A stretch of DNA of 64,000 nucleotides from Candidatus Doudnabacteria bacterium (GTDB lineage: Bacteria > Patescibacteriota > JAQUNI01). The stretch spans positions 334 through 64,333 of the forward strand of contig JBAZQX010000008.1 in the NCBI GenBank assembly GCA_041644975.1, given 5' to 3'. Of the stretch, positions 30,999 to 41,406 are shown one piece after another (position 1 is the first letter of the stretch; every line of letters starts with the position of its first letter). Made by a program: the position numbers and the translations under genes. Under the pieces are notes generated by a model. The model worked only from the letters and a program-made list of their open reading frames with translations, searched no databases and was not told where the DNA came from.

Positions 30999-33722
30999 AT
31001 GGTAAACACACGCCTCAATTTATTAGAAGAACTGAAAGAAGATATAACCCTTGAGGGATTTTTAAATATTTACGGCAGTCGCATTACACAAGAGAGTGAG
31101 AGGCTGTTTTTAACAGAATTTTTATATCCTCTATTAGGAAAAAATATAAGATATGTAATTCCTCAATATCCTTTTATAGATTCCGAAGGTAGAAATAGAA
31201 AAATTGACTTTGCGCTCATTAAAGACCAAATCCATCTTGCCTTGGAGGTAAATGGCGAAACCTATCATGCTGAAGGGATTATTCCCAATGAAATGTTTGA
31301 CGACAATTTGTTTAGGCAGAATGAAATATTAAATCGTGGCTGGAGATTATTAAGGTTCTCATATAGTCAACTTTTGGATAAAAAATGGCGAGCCCGTGTA
31401 ATGGATTCATTGCATAGATTTTTTGCTCATAATGTTCCGGAGCTAATCTCTGAAGATGCTATTAAACCTCATTTTATTCAAAAAGAGGCATTAGATGCCC
31501 TTGATTTTTACCGTCAAAAAGGATGGAAAAAAGGTGTCGTTGTTTTACCGCCTGGATTAGGAAAAACATATTTGTCGGCTTTTGATGCAAAGCGATTTAC
31601 TCACAAAAGCGGTAGAGCACTTTTTATAGTCCACAGATTAGATATTTTAACTCAATCCAAAGACGCTTTTGAAAAGGTCTGGGCGGAAGCAAAAACTGGT
31701 TTATTAACAGGAGAGGTTAGAGAGCATATACACGATAGCGATGTTCTTTTTGCTTCAAAAGATAGTTTGCGTAGTCCCGAATTTTTGTCGCTTTTATCGC
31801 CAGAGGAATTTGATTACATAATTGTTGATGAGGTTCATCACGGACAAGCCCCGACATACCAAGCTATTTTACGGCATTTTGAGCCCAAATTTTTACTGGG
31901 GATGACCGCTACGCCAGACAGAATGGATAGAAAAGATATTTTTGAACTTTTTGATTATAACAAAGTATTTGAATATTCAACTCACGATGCGATAGAAAAT
32001 GGGTTTCTCGTTCCGTTTTCTTATTATGGATTGAAGGACAACATTGATTATACAAATATTCGTTACAACGGAAAGAAATACAACACCCAAGATTTAGACA
32101 AATATTTAATAATAGAAAAAAGGAATCAGCAAATTTTGCAAGAATATTTAGCCAAAGCAAATGGCGATAAGGCGATTGGATTCTGTTGTTCCATCAAACA
32201 CGCCGAAAGGATGGCAGAATTTTTTAATGATAATGGCATATCCGCAATAGCCATAACATCATTTTCGGATGACCGAGATAAAAAGATAGAAGATTTTAGG
32301 AATAATAAATATGCTGTAGCTTTTACAGTTGACCTCTTTAATGAGGGGGTGGATTTCCCTAATGTTAGGGTTTTAATGTTTATACGCCCCACTGAATCAA
32401 GAACAGTATTTATGCAACAGCTTGGGCGTGGTTTGCGTTTATCATCTGGCAAAGAAAGAGTTACTATTTTAGATTTTATTAGCAACTACAAAAAAGCGAA
32501 TAAAATAAGAGAATATCTTTCTCTAAACAAAACAGAAAAACGAGGTAGCAAAACGGGCAGGATTGAAAAATTTATTTATAATTATTCTCCTAAAAATGAA
32601 GTTCACTTTGACGCTGAAGTTGAAGAAATATTAGACGCACAAGATAGGGATGAACGAGGCATTGATAAAGAAGATTTAATTGATGCGTATTATAAACTTG
32701 CTGAACAATTAGGAATGAAACCAGCCCAGGACGATATTAACCGTGAATGCGAATTTAAAGTGGCAAGGTTCGTTTCTGTTTTCGGCTCGTGGGTGAAATT
32801 TTTACGTGAGATGGGAGAATATACAGAAGCCAGTTATCATTATCCCCAGGGCGTGCATCTTGGACACATTCTATACATTGTAAAAATCTTAAAAGAGAAA
32901 AAACGAAAGGGTTCACATATTGATGAAAGATTTGTAAAAATTAGAGGCAATCTTGATGAGGGAAGATTAGGAGCATTTCAAAGGCAAACGAAATACAAGT
33001 TACAAGCCTTAATGGAAATGGGCTTGGTGCTTGATGATAGAAGCTATAAAAATGATGAAAAATACGAATTGGCTTTAACTCCAGAAGGTGAAAAATTTTA
33101 TAAGGTTTTGAAACCAGTTATCCGAAAAATTGATTTATCTTTCTCGTCTTCAAGCGATAAGATTCCATCCTGGGATATGGAGTTGGCTACGGAAAAATTC
33201 AATTCAGCAATCTGGGAGCATATTAAGGATAAAAAAGAAAAGCGAGAGTTTATACAAAAGCTGTTATTAAAGATTCACGCTGTTGCCCAAATGTTAAATT
33301 ATCTTTATCGGGTTGAGCGAAAAAAACAAATTGAGAAGTCCGCCATCTACGGAGGATTTTTCAAAGCTCCTTTTGTTAAACAACATTGCGACCAAATTGG
33401 TATAGAGGTGGCAACAGAAGAAGGAGCAAAACATCGTTGTCCGTTTCTCTTAAATATTCTTGAAGCTATCGGCGTTATTTCTCAAACAAGAAGCGGCATC
33501 GTTATAAATCATTTCTTAATATGCCAGGAAACTATGCAATTAGATAAGGAGAGTGAAGGAAAAATTCTTACGAGAATAGACAAGATAACCAGCATAGCTT
33601 CTGGAAAGAAAGTAGAAATAAACGATGATGAACTATCCCTCTTGCGAGAAAATTTCGGGAAGCAATTTTTAACGCCAGATTTTTATATTGATGAATTTAA
33701 AGTATTAAAGTATGCCAAATAA
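30999..33722 (+). CDS. fusion of a DUF559/Vsr-like endonuclease and an SF2 DEAH-box helicase (restriction-enzyme res-subunit-like)
   Basis: N-terminal IDFALI...LALEVNGETYH...RGWRLLRFSY (DUF559 fold). Helicase motifs GLGKT, DEVHH, TATPDR, QQLGRGLR. A roughly 350-aa C-terminal extension. Confidence 0.7.
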   Translation: MVNTRLNLLEELKEDITLEGFLNIYGSRITQESERLFLTEFLYPLLGKNIRYVIPQYPFIDSEGRNRKIDFALIKDQIHLALEVNGETYHAEGIIPNEMFDDNLFRQNEILNRGWRLLRFSYSQLLDKKWRARVMDSLHRFFAHNVPELISEDAIKPHFIQKEALDALDFYRQKGWKKGVVVLPPGLGKTYLSAFDAKRFTHKSGRALFIVHRLDILTQSKDAFEKVWAEAKTGLLTGEVREHIHDSDVLFASKDSLRSPEFLSLLSPEEFDYIIVDEVHHGQAPTYQAILRHFEPKFLLGMTATPDRMDRKDIFELFDYNKVFEYSTHDAIENGFLVPFSYYGLKDNIDYTNIRYNGKKYNTQDLDKYLIIEKRNQQILQEYLAKANGDKAIGFCCSIKHAERMAEFFNDNGISAIAITSFSDDRDKKIEDFRNNKYAVAFTVDLFNEGVDFPNVRVLMFIRPTESRTVFMQQLGRGLRLSSGKERVTILDFISNYKKANKIREYLSLNKTEKRGSKTGRIEKFIYNYSPKNEVHFDAEVEEILDAQDRDERGIDKEDLIDAYYKLAEQLGMKPAQDDINRECEFKVARFVSVFGSWVKFLREMGEYTEASYHYPQGVHLGHILYIVKILKEKKRKGSHIDERFVKIRGNLDEGRLGAFQRQTKYKLQALMEMGLVLDDRSYKNDEKYELALTPEGEKFYKVLKPVIRKIDLSFSSSSDKIPSWDMELATEKFNSAIWEHIKDKKEKREFIQKLLLKIHAVAQMLNYLYRVERKKQIEKSAIYGGFFKAPFVKQHCDQIGIEVATEEGAKHRCPFLLNILEAIGVISQTRSGIVINHFLICQETMQLDKESEGKILTRIDKITSIASGKKVEINDDELSLLRENFGKQFLTPDFYIDEFKVLKYAK

Positions 33723-34632
33723 ATCTCACTTTAATTCTGGATTGAGGACATTAAATCAAATGCGTAAAAATGGCATAAACCATAGTTCTGTGCCCGAATT
33801 TAAAATACCTAAAAAAACGAAACACGCTCTTTATATCGCTGATGCGTTAGGAATTTTAAAATCAATACCAGATAAATCTATCCAGCTAATTTTAATTGAC
33901 CCCCCATACAATCTTGATATTGCTACATGGGATACATTTAAAAATTATTTGGAATGGGCAAAGCTATGGTTAAACGAAAGCATTAGGGTTTTGAAAGATA
34001 GCGGCAATTTAGCCATCTTTGGAGGGATACAATACCAGGGAATACGCACTGGTGATTTATTAGAGCTTGTCCAGTATTTAAAAAAAGAAACAGATTTTAA
34101 ATTGGTAAATCTTATTATTTGGTATTACAAAAATGGGATGAGTGCTCACAGATTTTTTGCAAATAGGCACGAGGAGATAGCCTGGTTTGCGAAAACCAAT
34201 AAATATATTTTTGACCTTGATGCCGTAAGAATGCCATTTGATGAAAAAACAAAGAAGGCGTATTTAAAAGATAAAAGGCTAAATCCCAAAAGCATTGAAA
34301 AGGGTAAAAATCCTACAAACGTGTGGGAGATAGGACGCCTTAACGGTAATTCCCAAGAAAGAGTTGGGCATCCAACACAAAAACCAGCAGAGGTTGTAAG
34401 ACGATTGGTAAGAGGTCTTTCCTACCCAGATTCAATTGTTTTAGATTTTTTCGCAGGTTCTGGCACTACGGGGCGTGTTTGCATAGAAGAAAAACGTCAT
34501 AGTATTTTAGTTGATAACGACCCGAAGACAAAGAGTTACTTTAATAAACACCTTAAACAATTAAATGCCTCCAACAAAGGAACTTTTGAGATCCGGTTTA
34601 ATCCCAGTTTAAAAGATTTTTTAGAGCAATAA
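33712..34632 (+). CDS. N6-adenine/N4-cytosine DNA methyltransferase (beta class)
   Basis: Motif IV LILIDPPYN precedes motif I DFFAGSGTTG; the start overlaps the helicase stop by 11 bp. Confidence 0.8.
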   Translation: MPNKSHFNSGLRTLNQMRKNGINHSSVPEFKIPKKTKHALYIADALGILKSIPDKSIQLILIDPPYNLDIATWDTFKNYLEWAKLWLNESIRVLKDSGNLAIFGGIQYQGIRTGDLLELVQYLKKETDFKLVNLIIWYYKNGMSAHRFFANRHEEIAWFAKTNKYIFDLDAVRMPFDEKTKKAYLKDKRLNPKSIEKGKNPTNVWEIGRLNGNSQERVGHPTQKPAEVVRRLVRGLSYPDSIVLDFFAGSGTTGRVCIEEKRHSILVDNDPKTKSYFNKHLKQLNASNKGTFEIRFNPSLKDFLEQ

Positions 34633-34814
34633 TTATGAAAGCCATTATATTAGCCAGAGTTTCAACTGAAAAATAAATGAACAAAAAACAATCTAATCTG
34701 CCCAGTAAATGGGCCTTTTATTTTTAGTAGTGAGTAAGCACAACTTGAGGGATTATCGGTCAAAAGGCAATAAGACTACCAAAATAGGCAAAATTCAACG
34801 CATTTGTTGGACTT

Positions 34815-34855
34815 GTGTGGGGTTTTTCAGGGCTAAGATGGTATAATACTCAACT
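34815..34855 (+). promoter_or_regulatory. repeated promoter-like box with extended -10 (tggtataat), copy a
   Basis: gtgtggggtttttcagggctaagatggtataatactcaact, followed by an atggcaaaaagagg short ORF; a near-identical copy lies at 40571. Confidence 0.45.
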
Positions 34856-35015
34856 CTTCGAACCTGAAGGCTCTTTAGAGCCTAAATGGCTAATTAAAAA
34901 TATGGCAAAAAGAGGGCCAAAGAGGCAAAATCCAAATCCAACAAATCCAACAGTAATAAAAAGAGAATAAATAATATGACCTTTATATTTTCTTTTAAAT
35001 TTTTGATAGATTGTT

Positions 35016-35384
35016 TTAATCTTTTAATTCATCTTTTTGACGCAATCTTATTAGCAACACGCAAGGGACAGCGACAATTATCAAAATGACCTCCGTTAAA
35101 TCAATAGTGTATGCAGAAGATATTAGAAAACGAATTATACCAGCGATTATCGTGCTAATAATAATTGATTTGCGAGTAATTTCCTTCTTAGTGCATTTCT
35201 TCCAAATAAAAGTCAGAATTAATGATATGACAAATATTGCCGCAAATACACCTAAAAATTCTGCAACAAGTGCTATTTTTATCCCGTAGAAAGCAGCTCC
35301 GATTAGCACAGCGAAGGAGATGAGAATGAGACAAATTGTTTTAATTTTTTGGCTCATTTCGTTTAAATAAATTACGCACTCCAA
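35016..35384 (-). CDS. small membrane protein (122 aa)
   Basis: Three predicted TM helices. Confidence 0.4.
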   Translation of the reverse strand: MECVIYLNEMSQKIKTICLILISFAVLIGAAFYGIKIALVAEFLGVFAAIFVISLILTFIWKKCTKKEITRKSIIISTIIAGIIRFLISSAYTIDLTEVILIIVAVPCVLLIRLRQKDELKD

Positions 35385-35607
35385 GTTTCTTCTGGAGTTT
35401 TATGACAATATAGGCAGAGAGGGCCAAAAGAGATAAAGAAATTAGACAATCACTAGGAAGAACTTTAGTTAGGACAAGCCGTTCTATTCCAAGGAAAATT
35501 TTAATAAAAGAGTCAACGAAAAGTATAGCGAACCAAATTAAAACAATCCACAATATAACTTTTTTATTCTTTTGATTCATTTCTTTTAAATAAATTACGC
35601 ACGCCAA
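35341..35607 (-). CDS. small membrane protein (88 aa), tandem paralog
   Basis: About 75% identical to the next ORF, including IVIKLQKKLGVRNLFKRNE. Confidence 0.45.
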   Translation of the reverse strand: MACVIYLKEMNQKNKKVILWIVLIWFAILFVDSFIKIFLGIERLVLTKVLPSDCLISLSLLALSAYIVIKLQKKLGVRNLFKRNEPKN

Positions 35608-35800
35608 GTTTTTTCTGTAGTTTTATAACAATATAAGCAGAAAGGATCAAATAAAATAAAGAACTTAGGCAATTACTAGAAACTCCAGTTAGGACGAGCC
35701 GTAATACTCCAATGAAAAATTCAAAAAAAGAGTCAATAAAAAGTAAGGCAAAGCAAATTAAAACAATCCACAATATAATTTTTTTAACAGTTCCTTTCAT
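35564..35800 (-). CDS. small membrane protein (78 aa), tandem paralog
   Basis: Tandem duplicate; the DNA repeat is about 225 bp. Confidence 0.45.
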   Translation of the reverse strand: MKGTVKKIILWIVLICFALLFIDSFFEFFIGVLRLVLTGVSSNCLSSLFYLILSAYIVIKLQKKLGVRNLFKRNESKE

Positions 35801-35830
35801 TGGTATGAATTAAAATATTTTGGCAAATGA

Positions 35831-36031
35831 TTATTTCCCGAACTTAATCGTTCCACTGTGGTGTCGGTTCACCTGCCAATCTAAAAGAAAATAAATAAGA
35901 ATACCAAAAATACCGAACCCGGCAAGAAGTAATTTCTGGCCAATAGACATATAGCTTAAAATAGTAATGAGAATACCAACAAGGAAAACGGTTTCAATAA
36001 AGCATACTGTTTCAAGTGTAGATTTGGACAT
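35831..36031 (-). CDS. small membrane protein (66 aa)
   Basis: Two TM helices. Confidence 0.35.
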   Translation of the reverse strand: MSKSTLETVCFIETVFLVGILITILSYMSIGQKLLLAGFGIFGILIYFLLDWQVNRHHSGTIKFGK

Positions 36032-36049
36032 ATAATTTAATTAATTGTT

Positions 36050-36475
36050 TTAATTTTTTGGTTCATGGATTTTGGATTCCTTAGATAAATATTCAGATTT
36101 TTTTCTGTCAAAAAAACCACCAAACTTTAGCACGGTAAAAATAATAATCATAATAATTGCTTTAATTAAAGACCTATAATTACCTGTAGAGATATCTTCT
36201 ATGATCCAACGGATTAAAACCAAACTTATACTTAGAATGCTCAAAATAATTCCGAAAGTGGCTCCCCTTTCTTTGTCTCTTTTTGCAATTATACCTAATA
36301 TCAAAGCTATCAGTCCGAGTAAAAGACTGTATATAAAGAAACTTATTATCCCAATCGCAATAGAAAAAATATTAAACTTTTTTAGAAGCACATTTGTAAT
36401 ACGAAAATGCTTTACTATGATTAGAAATTCATCAAATATATCTTTCTCCTCTGATTTCTTATTTTTTTCTTTCAT
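36050..36475 (-). CDS. small membrane protein (141 aa)
   Basis: Three or four TM helices. Confidence 0.4.
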   Translation of the reverse strand: MKEKNKKSEEKDIFDEFLIIVKHFRITNVLLKKFNIFSIAIGIISFFIYSLLLGLIALILGIIAKRDKERGATFGIILSILSISLVLIRWIIEDISTGNYRSLIKAIIMIIIFTVLKFGGFFDRKKSEYLSKESKIHEPKN

Positions 36476-36494
36476 GGAGTTATTTATCTTTCAA

Positions 36495-36917
36495 TTAAAA
36501 ATATCTTTCCTTGTCCAGTTCCCTAACTTTTCCCCACTGTATAAAACCATTAATTATAAGCGAAGGTCCGGCAATAAACCCACCAATCCAAATGATAGGT
36601 ATTTGTGAATAAGATAAAGAGATAAGGGCCAATAAGGTAATAGCAATACCTCCTATTATTTTTGGCCAAGGGTTAAATGATTTTAATATTAATGGATGGT
36701 CACATCTTGTGCACTTTAAAATAAGACCTATACTCTGCTTTCCGTATAGAACCTTACAATATTCACAATATGGACGGGTGTATCGATTCATTTTTTTATA
36801 AAACACAAAGCTCCCCGCCAGCAATGGCTTTCGCCACCCATAACCCTTTCGGGATATGACCCATCGAAGAGTGCTCTGAACGAGGAGCTCTTTATCTTCG
36901 ATGGGGTTTTTTGCCAT
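36495..36917 (-). CDS. zinc-ribbon plus TM protein (140 aa)
   Basis: CEYC...CTRC followed by two TM helices. Confidence 0.4.
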   Translation of the reverse strand: MAKNPIEDKELLVQSTLRWVISRKGYGWRKPLLAGSFVFYKKMNRYTRPYCEYCKVLYGKQSIGLILKCTRCDHPLILKSFNPWPKIIGGIAITLLALISLSYSQIPIIWIGGFIAGPSLIINGFIQWGKVRELDKERYF

Positions 36918-37067
36918 ACCTCACAGACCAGCTACGAGGGTTAGGCAATTGGAATATTTAGTTTTTACAATTAAAGAATAACATAACCGAGAGGAAATTC
37001 AAGTCAAATCCTTGAAAAAGCGGTTAAAATAAGATAAATTTAAGAAAGAATTTAATGAAAATGTAAT

Positions 37068-38219
37068 ATGAAGATTGAAAAATTTTGTGAAGAAGTAAAT
37101 AGAAGCCCAGTCGGTATAAAGCATCTGAAAATAAAAGTTACGCCAGAGTTACTCAAAGAATGGAATTTTATTAAAGAAGATTACCAAATTAATGACCTCG
37201 CACCGCTATATGCTTTAAAGGAACAGCAAAAAGAACAACAACAAAGAAAAAAAATAGAAAGAAAAATAATGGAAGCTAATAAACTCACCTCAAAAGAAAC
37301 AGAAGTCTTTCAAGAAGTAACTAAGATTTTGTCAGCTGAAAGATCACTAAAATACAGAGGAAGAATATTAATAAATAAAACACCCTCGGGTTTCTCTCTT
37401 ATAACAACACTGAAATTTATCCCTACATTTAATCAGGTGGTCTCGGAAATAAGAGAGAAATACAAAATCAAGCCTAAACAGCTTTTAAAAGAGTTACAGA
37501 AGGTATTTCCTAAAAATAAAGAGCTGGTAAATGAAATCGTAGAGAATAAATATTCTTATCTTTTGGATCGAATACTCCACAAGTTACAGTATAAAGAAGA
37601 ATTTAATAGATTGGAATGGATTTTCTTGCTCTTACACTTAGAAGAGGATTGGCTTACTGGTATAGGAAAATGGCTTAAAGCAAGAAGAGAAATTGAAGAT
37701 TGGGAAAATAAAAAATTCCCTAATTTAAATAAAGAAATTAATGTCTCAAGACACACAACTTTAAAACTACCACGAGAGTATTTTAGAAGCCTAAAAAACT
37801 ATATCTTGTATGACGCGAAAGGAGAAATACTACACAAAGATTGGCAAACGTGGAGTAGAAACGAAATCGAGATAGAAACAATAGATTCTCCTGAGAAAGA
37901 AGTTGTATGTATTAAGAACTTTGAACCTTATATCAGAGTAAAAATTTATGGAGATACCAATATTTCTAAAATGAGAGCCTTATCGAAAGCCATTAAAAGA
38001 AGGCAAAAAGAATTGCCTGTCTACAAGGCAAGGGCTTTAATACAGAGCAACCCAGAGAAAAATCTTAAAAAAGCAATTTATTATTATTTAAGAAAAGGAA
38101 TGAGATTACCGCCGAAAAGAGCAAATATTCTATTATTAAAACTTAACTATAAGAAAGGAATTTCAATCCGAGCTGATAGTAGAGAAATTAAAAGATTTGA
38201 AGAATTTTTTGGAATTTAA
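37068..38219 (+). CDS. hypothetical protein (383 aa)
   Basis: Lys-rich ORF in the island; no motif. Confidence 0.45.
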   Translation: MKIEKFCEEVNRSPVGIKHLKIKVTPELLKEWNFIKEDYQINDLAPLYALKEQQKEQQQRKKIERKIMEANKLTSKETEVFQEVTKILSAERSLKYRGRILINKTPSGFSLITTLKFIPTFNQVVSEIREKYKIKPKQLLKELQKVFPKNKELVNEIVENKYSYLLDRILHKLQYKEEFNRLEWIFLLLHLEEDWLTGIGKWLKARREIEDWENKKFPNLNKEINVSRHTTLKLPREYFRSLKNYILYDAKGEILHKDWQTWSRNEIEIETIDSPEKEVVCIKNFEPYIRVKIYGDTNISKMRALSKAIKRRQKELPVYKARALIQSNPEKNLKKAIYYYLRKGMRLPPKRANILLLKLNYKKGISIRADSREIKRFEEFFGI

Positions 38220-38483
38220 ATTCAGTAAGGCAGTTATTTCAATTATATTACATCCACCATTTTGACATTTGGTTGGATGATTTGAGGTAATGGTAAAATA
38301 CTACAATTAGATAATTGTAGTTTTTTATTTCATGAGAAAGGAAAATTTTCAAATAAGAACCACCTCGTCTAATTTGCCTCAGAAAGAAAAACGCAAATTA
38401 TTACATCAAGTGTTTGATATTATTTTTAGCGCCAGAAAAAAAGAAAATAAAAAAATCACTTAATAAAGAGCAAAATATTCAAT

Positions 38484-38735
38484 ATGGAAAACAAAATGAA
38501 AAAACAATTTATAAATAGTGACTTTTATACTACGGCCTTTTTAATAGCTAAGGGTTATAAACTAATTAGGATGGATAAGTCCAATCCTCATCGATTTCGC
38601 TTTATCCTTGAAGATGAAAAGGATAGAGCGAAGTTACTCGAGGATTTTTTTAATTCCAAAACAAAAATTGAACCACGAAAGTTCGTCTCGGCAGTTAAAG
38701 AATTAAAATCTTTAATGTATTCCGACGCCATTTAA
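38484..38735 (+). CDS. hypothetical protein (83 aa)
   Basis: Short ORF immediately preceding the P-loop protein. Confidence 0.35.
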   Translation: MENKMKKQFINSDFYTTAFLIAKGYKLIRMDKSNPHRFRFILEDEKDRAKLLEDFFNSKTKIEPRKFVSAVKELKSLMYSDAI

Positions 38736-38755
38736 GGCTAAGGGAAAGATGAAAT

Positions 38756-40240
38756 ATGAAAAAAAATAAAGAAAACGCAAAGATAGAATTAAGACCGCCA
38801 ACTACAATTAATGAAACGCAAAATAGTAATCAATTGGAGGTATTTGATGGGGAGCTACTTCATCCTTCTCTTGATATAAAAGACGGGATTCTTGTCTTGG
38901 GTTTTCGCTATCGGTCAAAACCACAAGAGGAAAAGGAAATTTTTATTGTGGTCAATGAAGGTAATATCCAAATCACAGAGGAAAATTCCTTGAAAATAAA
39001 AGACAGACTCTATTATTTTGAAAAACGAAGCAGAAAACTTATGAGGATTGAAGAAAAATGGGGCATCTCGGCATTGCAACAATTTATTAAGAACTACAAC
39101 ACATTCAAATCAAAAGAAACTACAAAACCAGAGTTATTTACAGAAATCATCAGGCTCACTAACCGCTATGTGGAATTAGAAAAAGAAATAGATTATTACC
39201 TTCTAAGTGCGTGGATTTTGGGCACTTACTTTTATCCTATTTTTTATGCCTATCCATTTTTGCACATTAAAGCTCCAAAGCGGTCTGGTAAAAGCCAGTG
39301 CTTAAATATGCTTTCTCAACTCTGTTTCAATGCTACTAAGGCAAGACCAAGTCTAGCGGCATTAAGCGATACCGTTGATGCATTGCGGGGAACTTACTTG
39401 ATTGACCAAGCGGACGCTTTAGAAAGAAAGGGTAACGAAGAATTGTTAGATATTCTCGCCGACTCTTATAAAAAGAGTGGAGGCAAAAGGCGGGTTATTA
39501 ATTTTGACAAAAAAAAGGGCAGGGAGATTTTAGAGTTTGAAACCTACAGCCCAAAGGCGTTAGCCTCAATTAGAGAACTTCCAGAAGATTTACGAGACAG
39601 ATGTCTGGTTGTGCCTCTAATTAGAAGTCAAAAGAATTTCCCCGACCCAGACGACAATAACGAAAATTGGCGTGAGATAAGAGGCAGAATCTATAAAGTT
39701 TTAATACTAAATTACGACTGGATTAGCTCAATTTATAACACAAAAAAAACAATATACAGAAATAGTCAAGAAATTTTAGGCAGGAGTTTAGAATTATGGT
39801 TACCCTTTGAAATTATCTTGGAATGTTTTGGGATACAAGAAAAAACAGAGGAAGCAAAAAAGCGTTTCCTCTCCCAATATGGTTTTAGCGAATACGAGCC
39901 ATCGGAATTAGAAGAAGAGGTTATTAAGGTAATCTTGAATCAATTACAAAATAAATCGGAGGCGATTTTAACTCCTAAAGAAATAAGCGGGCTGATATGT
40001 GCCGAGGTATTTTTATTAAACGACACTCCCAAGCAAAAAGCGGCTAAGGTGGGGTGGGCAATTAAAAAATTTAATCTCTCTTCAGAAAAGAAACCTAGAA
40101 GTAAAGATGGAGTGCGATATCTGTTTGAAAAAAATAAGATAGCAGGAATCTACCAGAGCTACTTCAAAACAGATACAGAACCTACATCTCTTACACCAAA
40201 TGATTCTTATGGCTTAAATAGCGAACAAATGACGGTGTAA
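38756..40240 (+). CDS. P-loop NTPase, possible replication/primase-associated protein of the element
   Basis: Walker A APKRSGKS and a Walker-B-like TYLIDQAD in the central region; 494 aa. Confidence 0.4.
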   Translation: MKKNKENAKIELRPPTTINETQNSNQLEVFDGELLHPSLDIKDGILVLGFRYRSKPQEEKEIFIVVNEGNIQITEENSLKIKDRLYYFEKRSRKLMRIEEKWGISALQQFIKNYNTFKSKETTKPELFTEIIRLTNRYVELEKEIDYYLLSAWILGTYFYPIFYAYPFLHIKAPKRSGKSQCLNMLSQLCFNATKARPSLAALSDTVDALRGTYLIDQADALERKGNEELLDILADSYKKSGGKRRVINFDKKKGREILEFETYSPKALASIRELPEDLRDRCLVVPLIRSQKNFPDPDDNNENWREIRGRIYKVLILNYDWISSIYNTKKTIYRNSQEILGRSLELWLPFEIILECFGIQEKTEEAKKRFLSQYGFSEYEPSELEEEVIKVILNQLQNKSEAILTPKEISGLICAEVFLLNDTPKQKAAKVGWAIKKFNLSSEKKPRSKDGVRYLFEKNKIAGIYQSYFKTDTEPTSLTPNDSYGLNSEQMTV

Positions 40241-40570
40241 GAGTTTAGTGTAAGAGTTTGGTGGTGTATGTCTTTCTTACACTAAACATTTCCTACACCA
40301 AAGACCTACACCTTGTTTAATCCTTTATTCAAGCCAAAAAAGAGTATCAGTGTAAGAGATGTAAGATGGGGATGGAATAGACACCAATAAAAAATAAGAT
40401 AAAAATGCACAAATCTGGTTAGGAGATTTTGCTGCTGACAGAGGATATGATAAAAAACAATTAGAAAGATTCGCAAAGAAGAACGAGAAATTTTGTCTTA
40501 CCTTAAAAAAAGCAAAAAAAATTAAAGGAAGGCTAAGTTTTAAGGACCACCAAAGCAACCAGAATCGGTT

Positions 40571-40610
40571 GTGTGGGGTTTTCAGGGCTAAGACGGTATA
40601 ATACTCAACT
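40571..40610 (+). promoter_or_regulatory. repeated promoter-like box with extended -10, copy b
   Basis: gtgtggggttttcagggctaagacggtataatactcaact followed by atggcaaaaagagg and the 40644 ORF. Confidence 0.45.
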
Positions 40611-40643
40611 AATCAAAACTATGGCAAAAAGAGGCAAAAAATT

Positions 40644-41126
40644 ATGAAAAAGAAAGGTAACAAAGGTAACACTATAAAAAAGAGAATAACCCAAGAAAAA
40701 GCCAATTTTCTAGATGCTTATAAAAAACAGTGGACTATCAGCGGGGCGGCTAAGGCAATCAGAAGGAGTAGAAAACAGTGCCATCATTGGCTTAGAAAAG
40801 ATAAAAAATTTAGAGAACAGTTTAAGGAAATCAAATTAGAACATATTGATTACACAGTGACTAAATTAGTGGAATTAATTTCGTATGGGAATTTAGGAGC
40901 GATAATCTATTTCCTAAAGTGCCAAAGCAAAAAGTGGAGGCCGTGGGAGAAAAGAGAAATTAGCGGAACTCTTAAACCTGAAGTTGAGCAAAAAATAAGC
41001 ACCGACCCGATTCTTAAAAAAGCAGTAAGATTTTACGAAGAAGAGCTAAAAAATGAGATTATAAAAAAAACCAAAAAAATTAAAGAGTTTGAAAACACAA
41101 AAAGTTATCTACTTAAAAGAGCTTGA
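40644..41126 (+). CDS. basic helix-turn-helix-like protein (160 aa)
   Basis: WTISGAAKAIRRSRKQCHHWLRK suggests an HTH; function unknown. Confidence 0.4.
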   Translation: MKKKGNKGNTIKKRITQEKANFLDAYKKQWTISGAAKAIRRSRKQCHHWLRKDKKFREQFKEIKLEHIDYTVTKLVELISYGNLGAIIYFLKCQSKKWRPWEKREISGTLKPEVEQKISTDPILKKAVRFYEEELKNEIIKKTKKIKEFENTKSYLLKRA

Positions 41127-41406
41127 CTTGTTTTCTGGATAGCGCCATTCTTGTGTTGAGGAACCTATCAGACATATACAACGGTCATGGCTGGACTAAT
41201 CAGCCGCTAAAAGAGGCTCAGGTGATTAGTCCACCCGAGTCTCTTTTAATAAAAGCCAAGCTAAAAATTAGTTACAAACTAAACGACCCCGCCGTGAAGC
41301 AAAGAGTCGCTTAGTAAAAACGGTCACCAATGGTCTATACAACCATTAGCGTCCAATTATTTTATAGCAATAACTAAGAACTCTTGCAAGCAAGAGGGGA
41401 ATAAAC

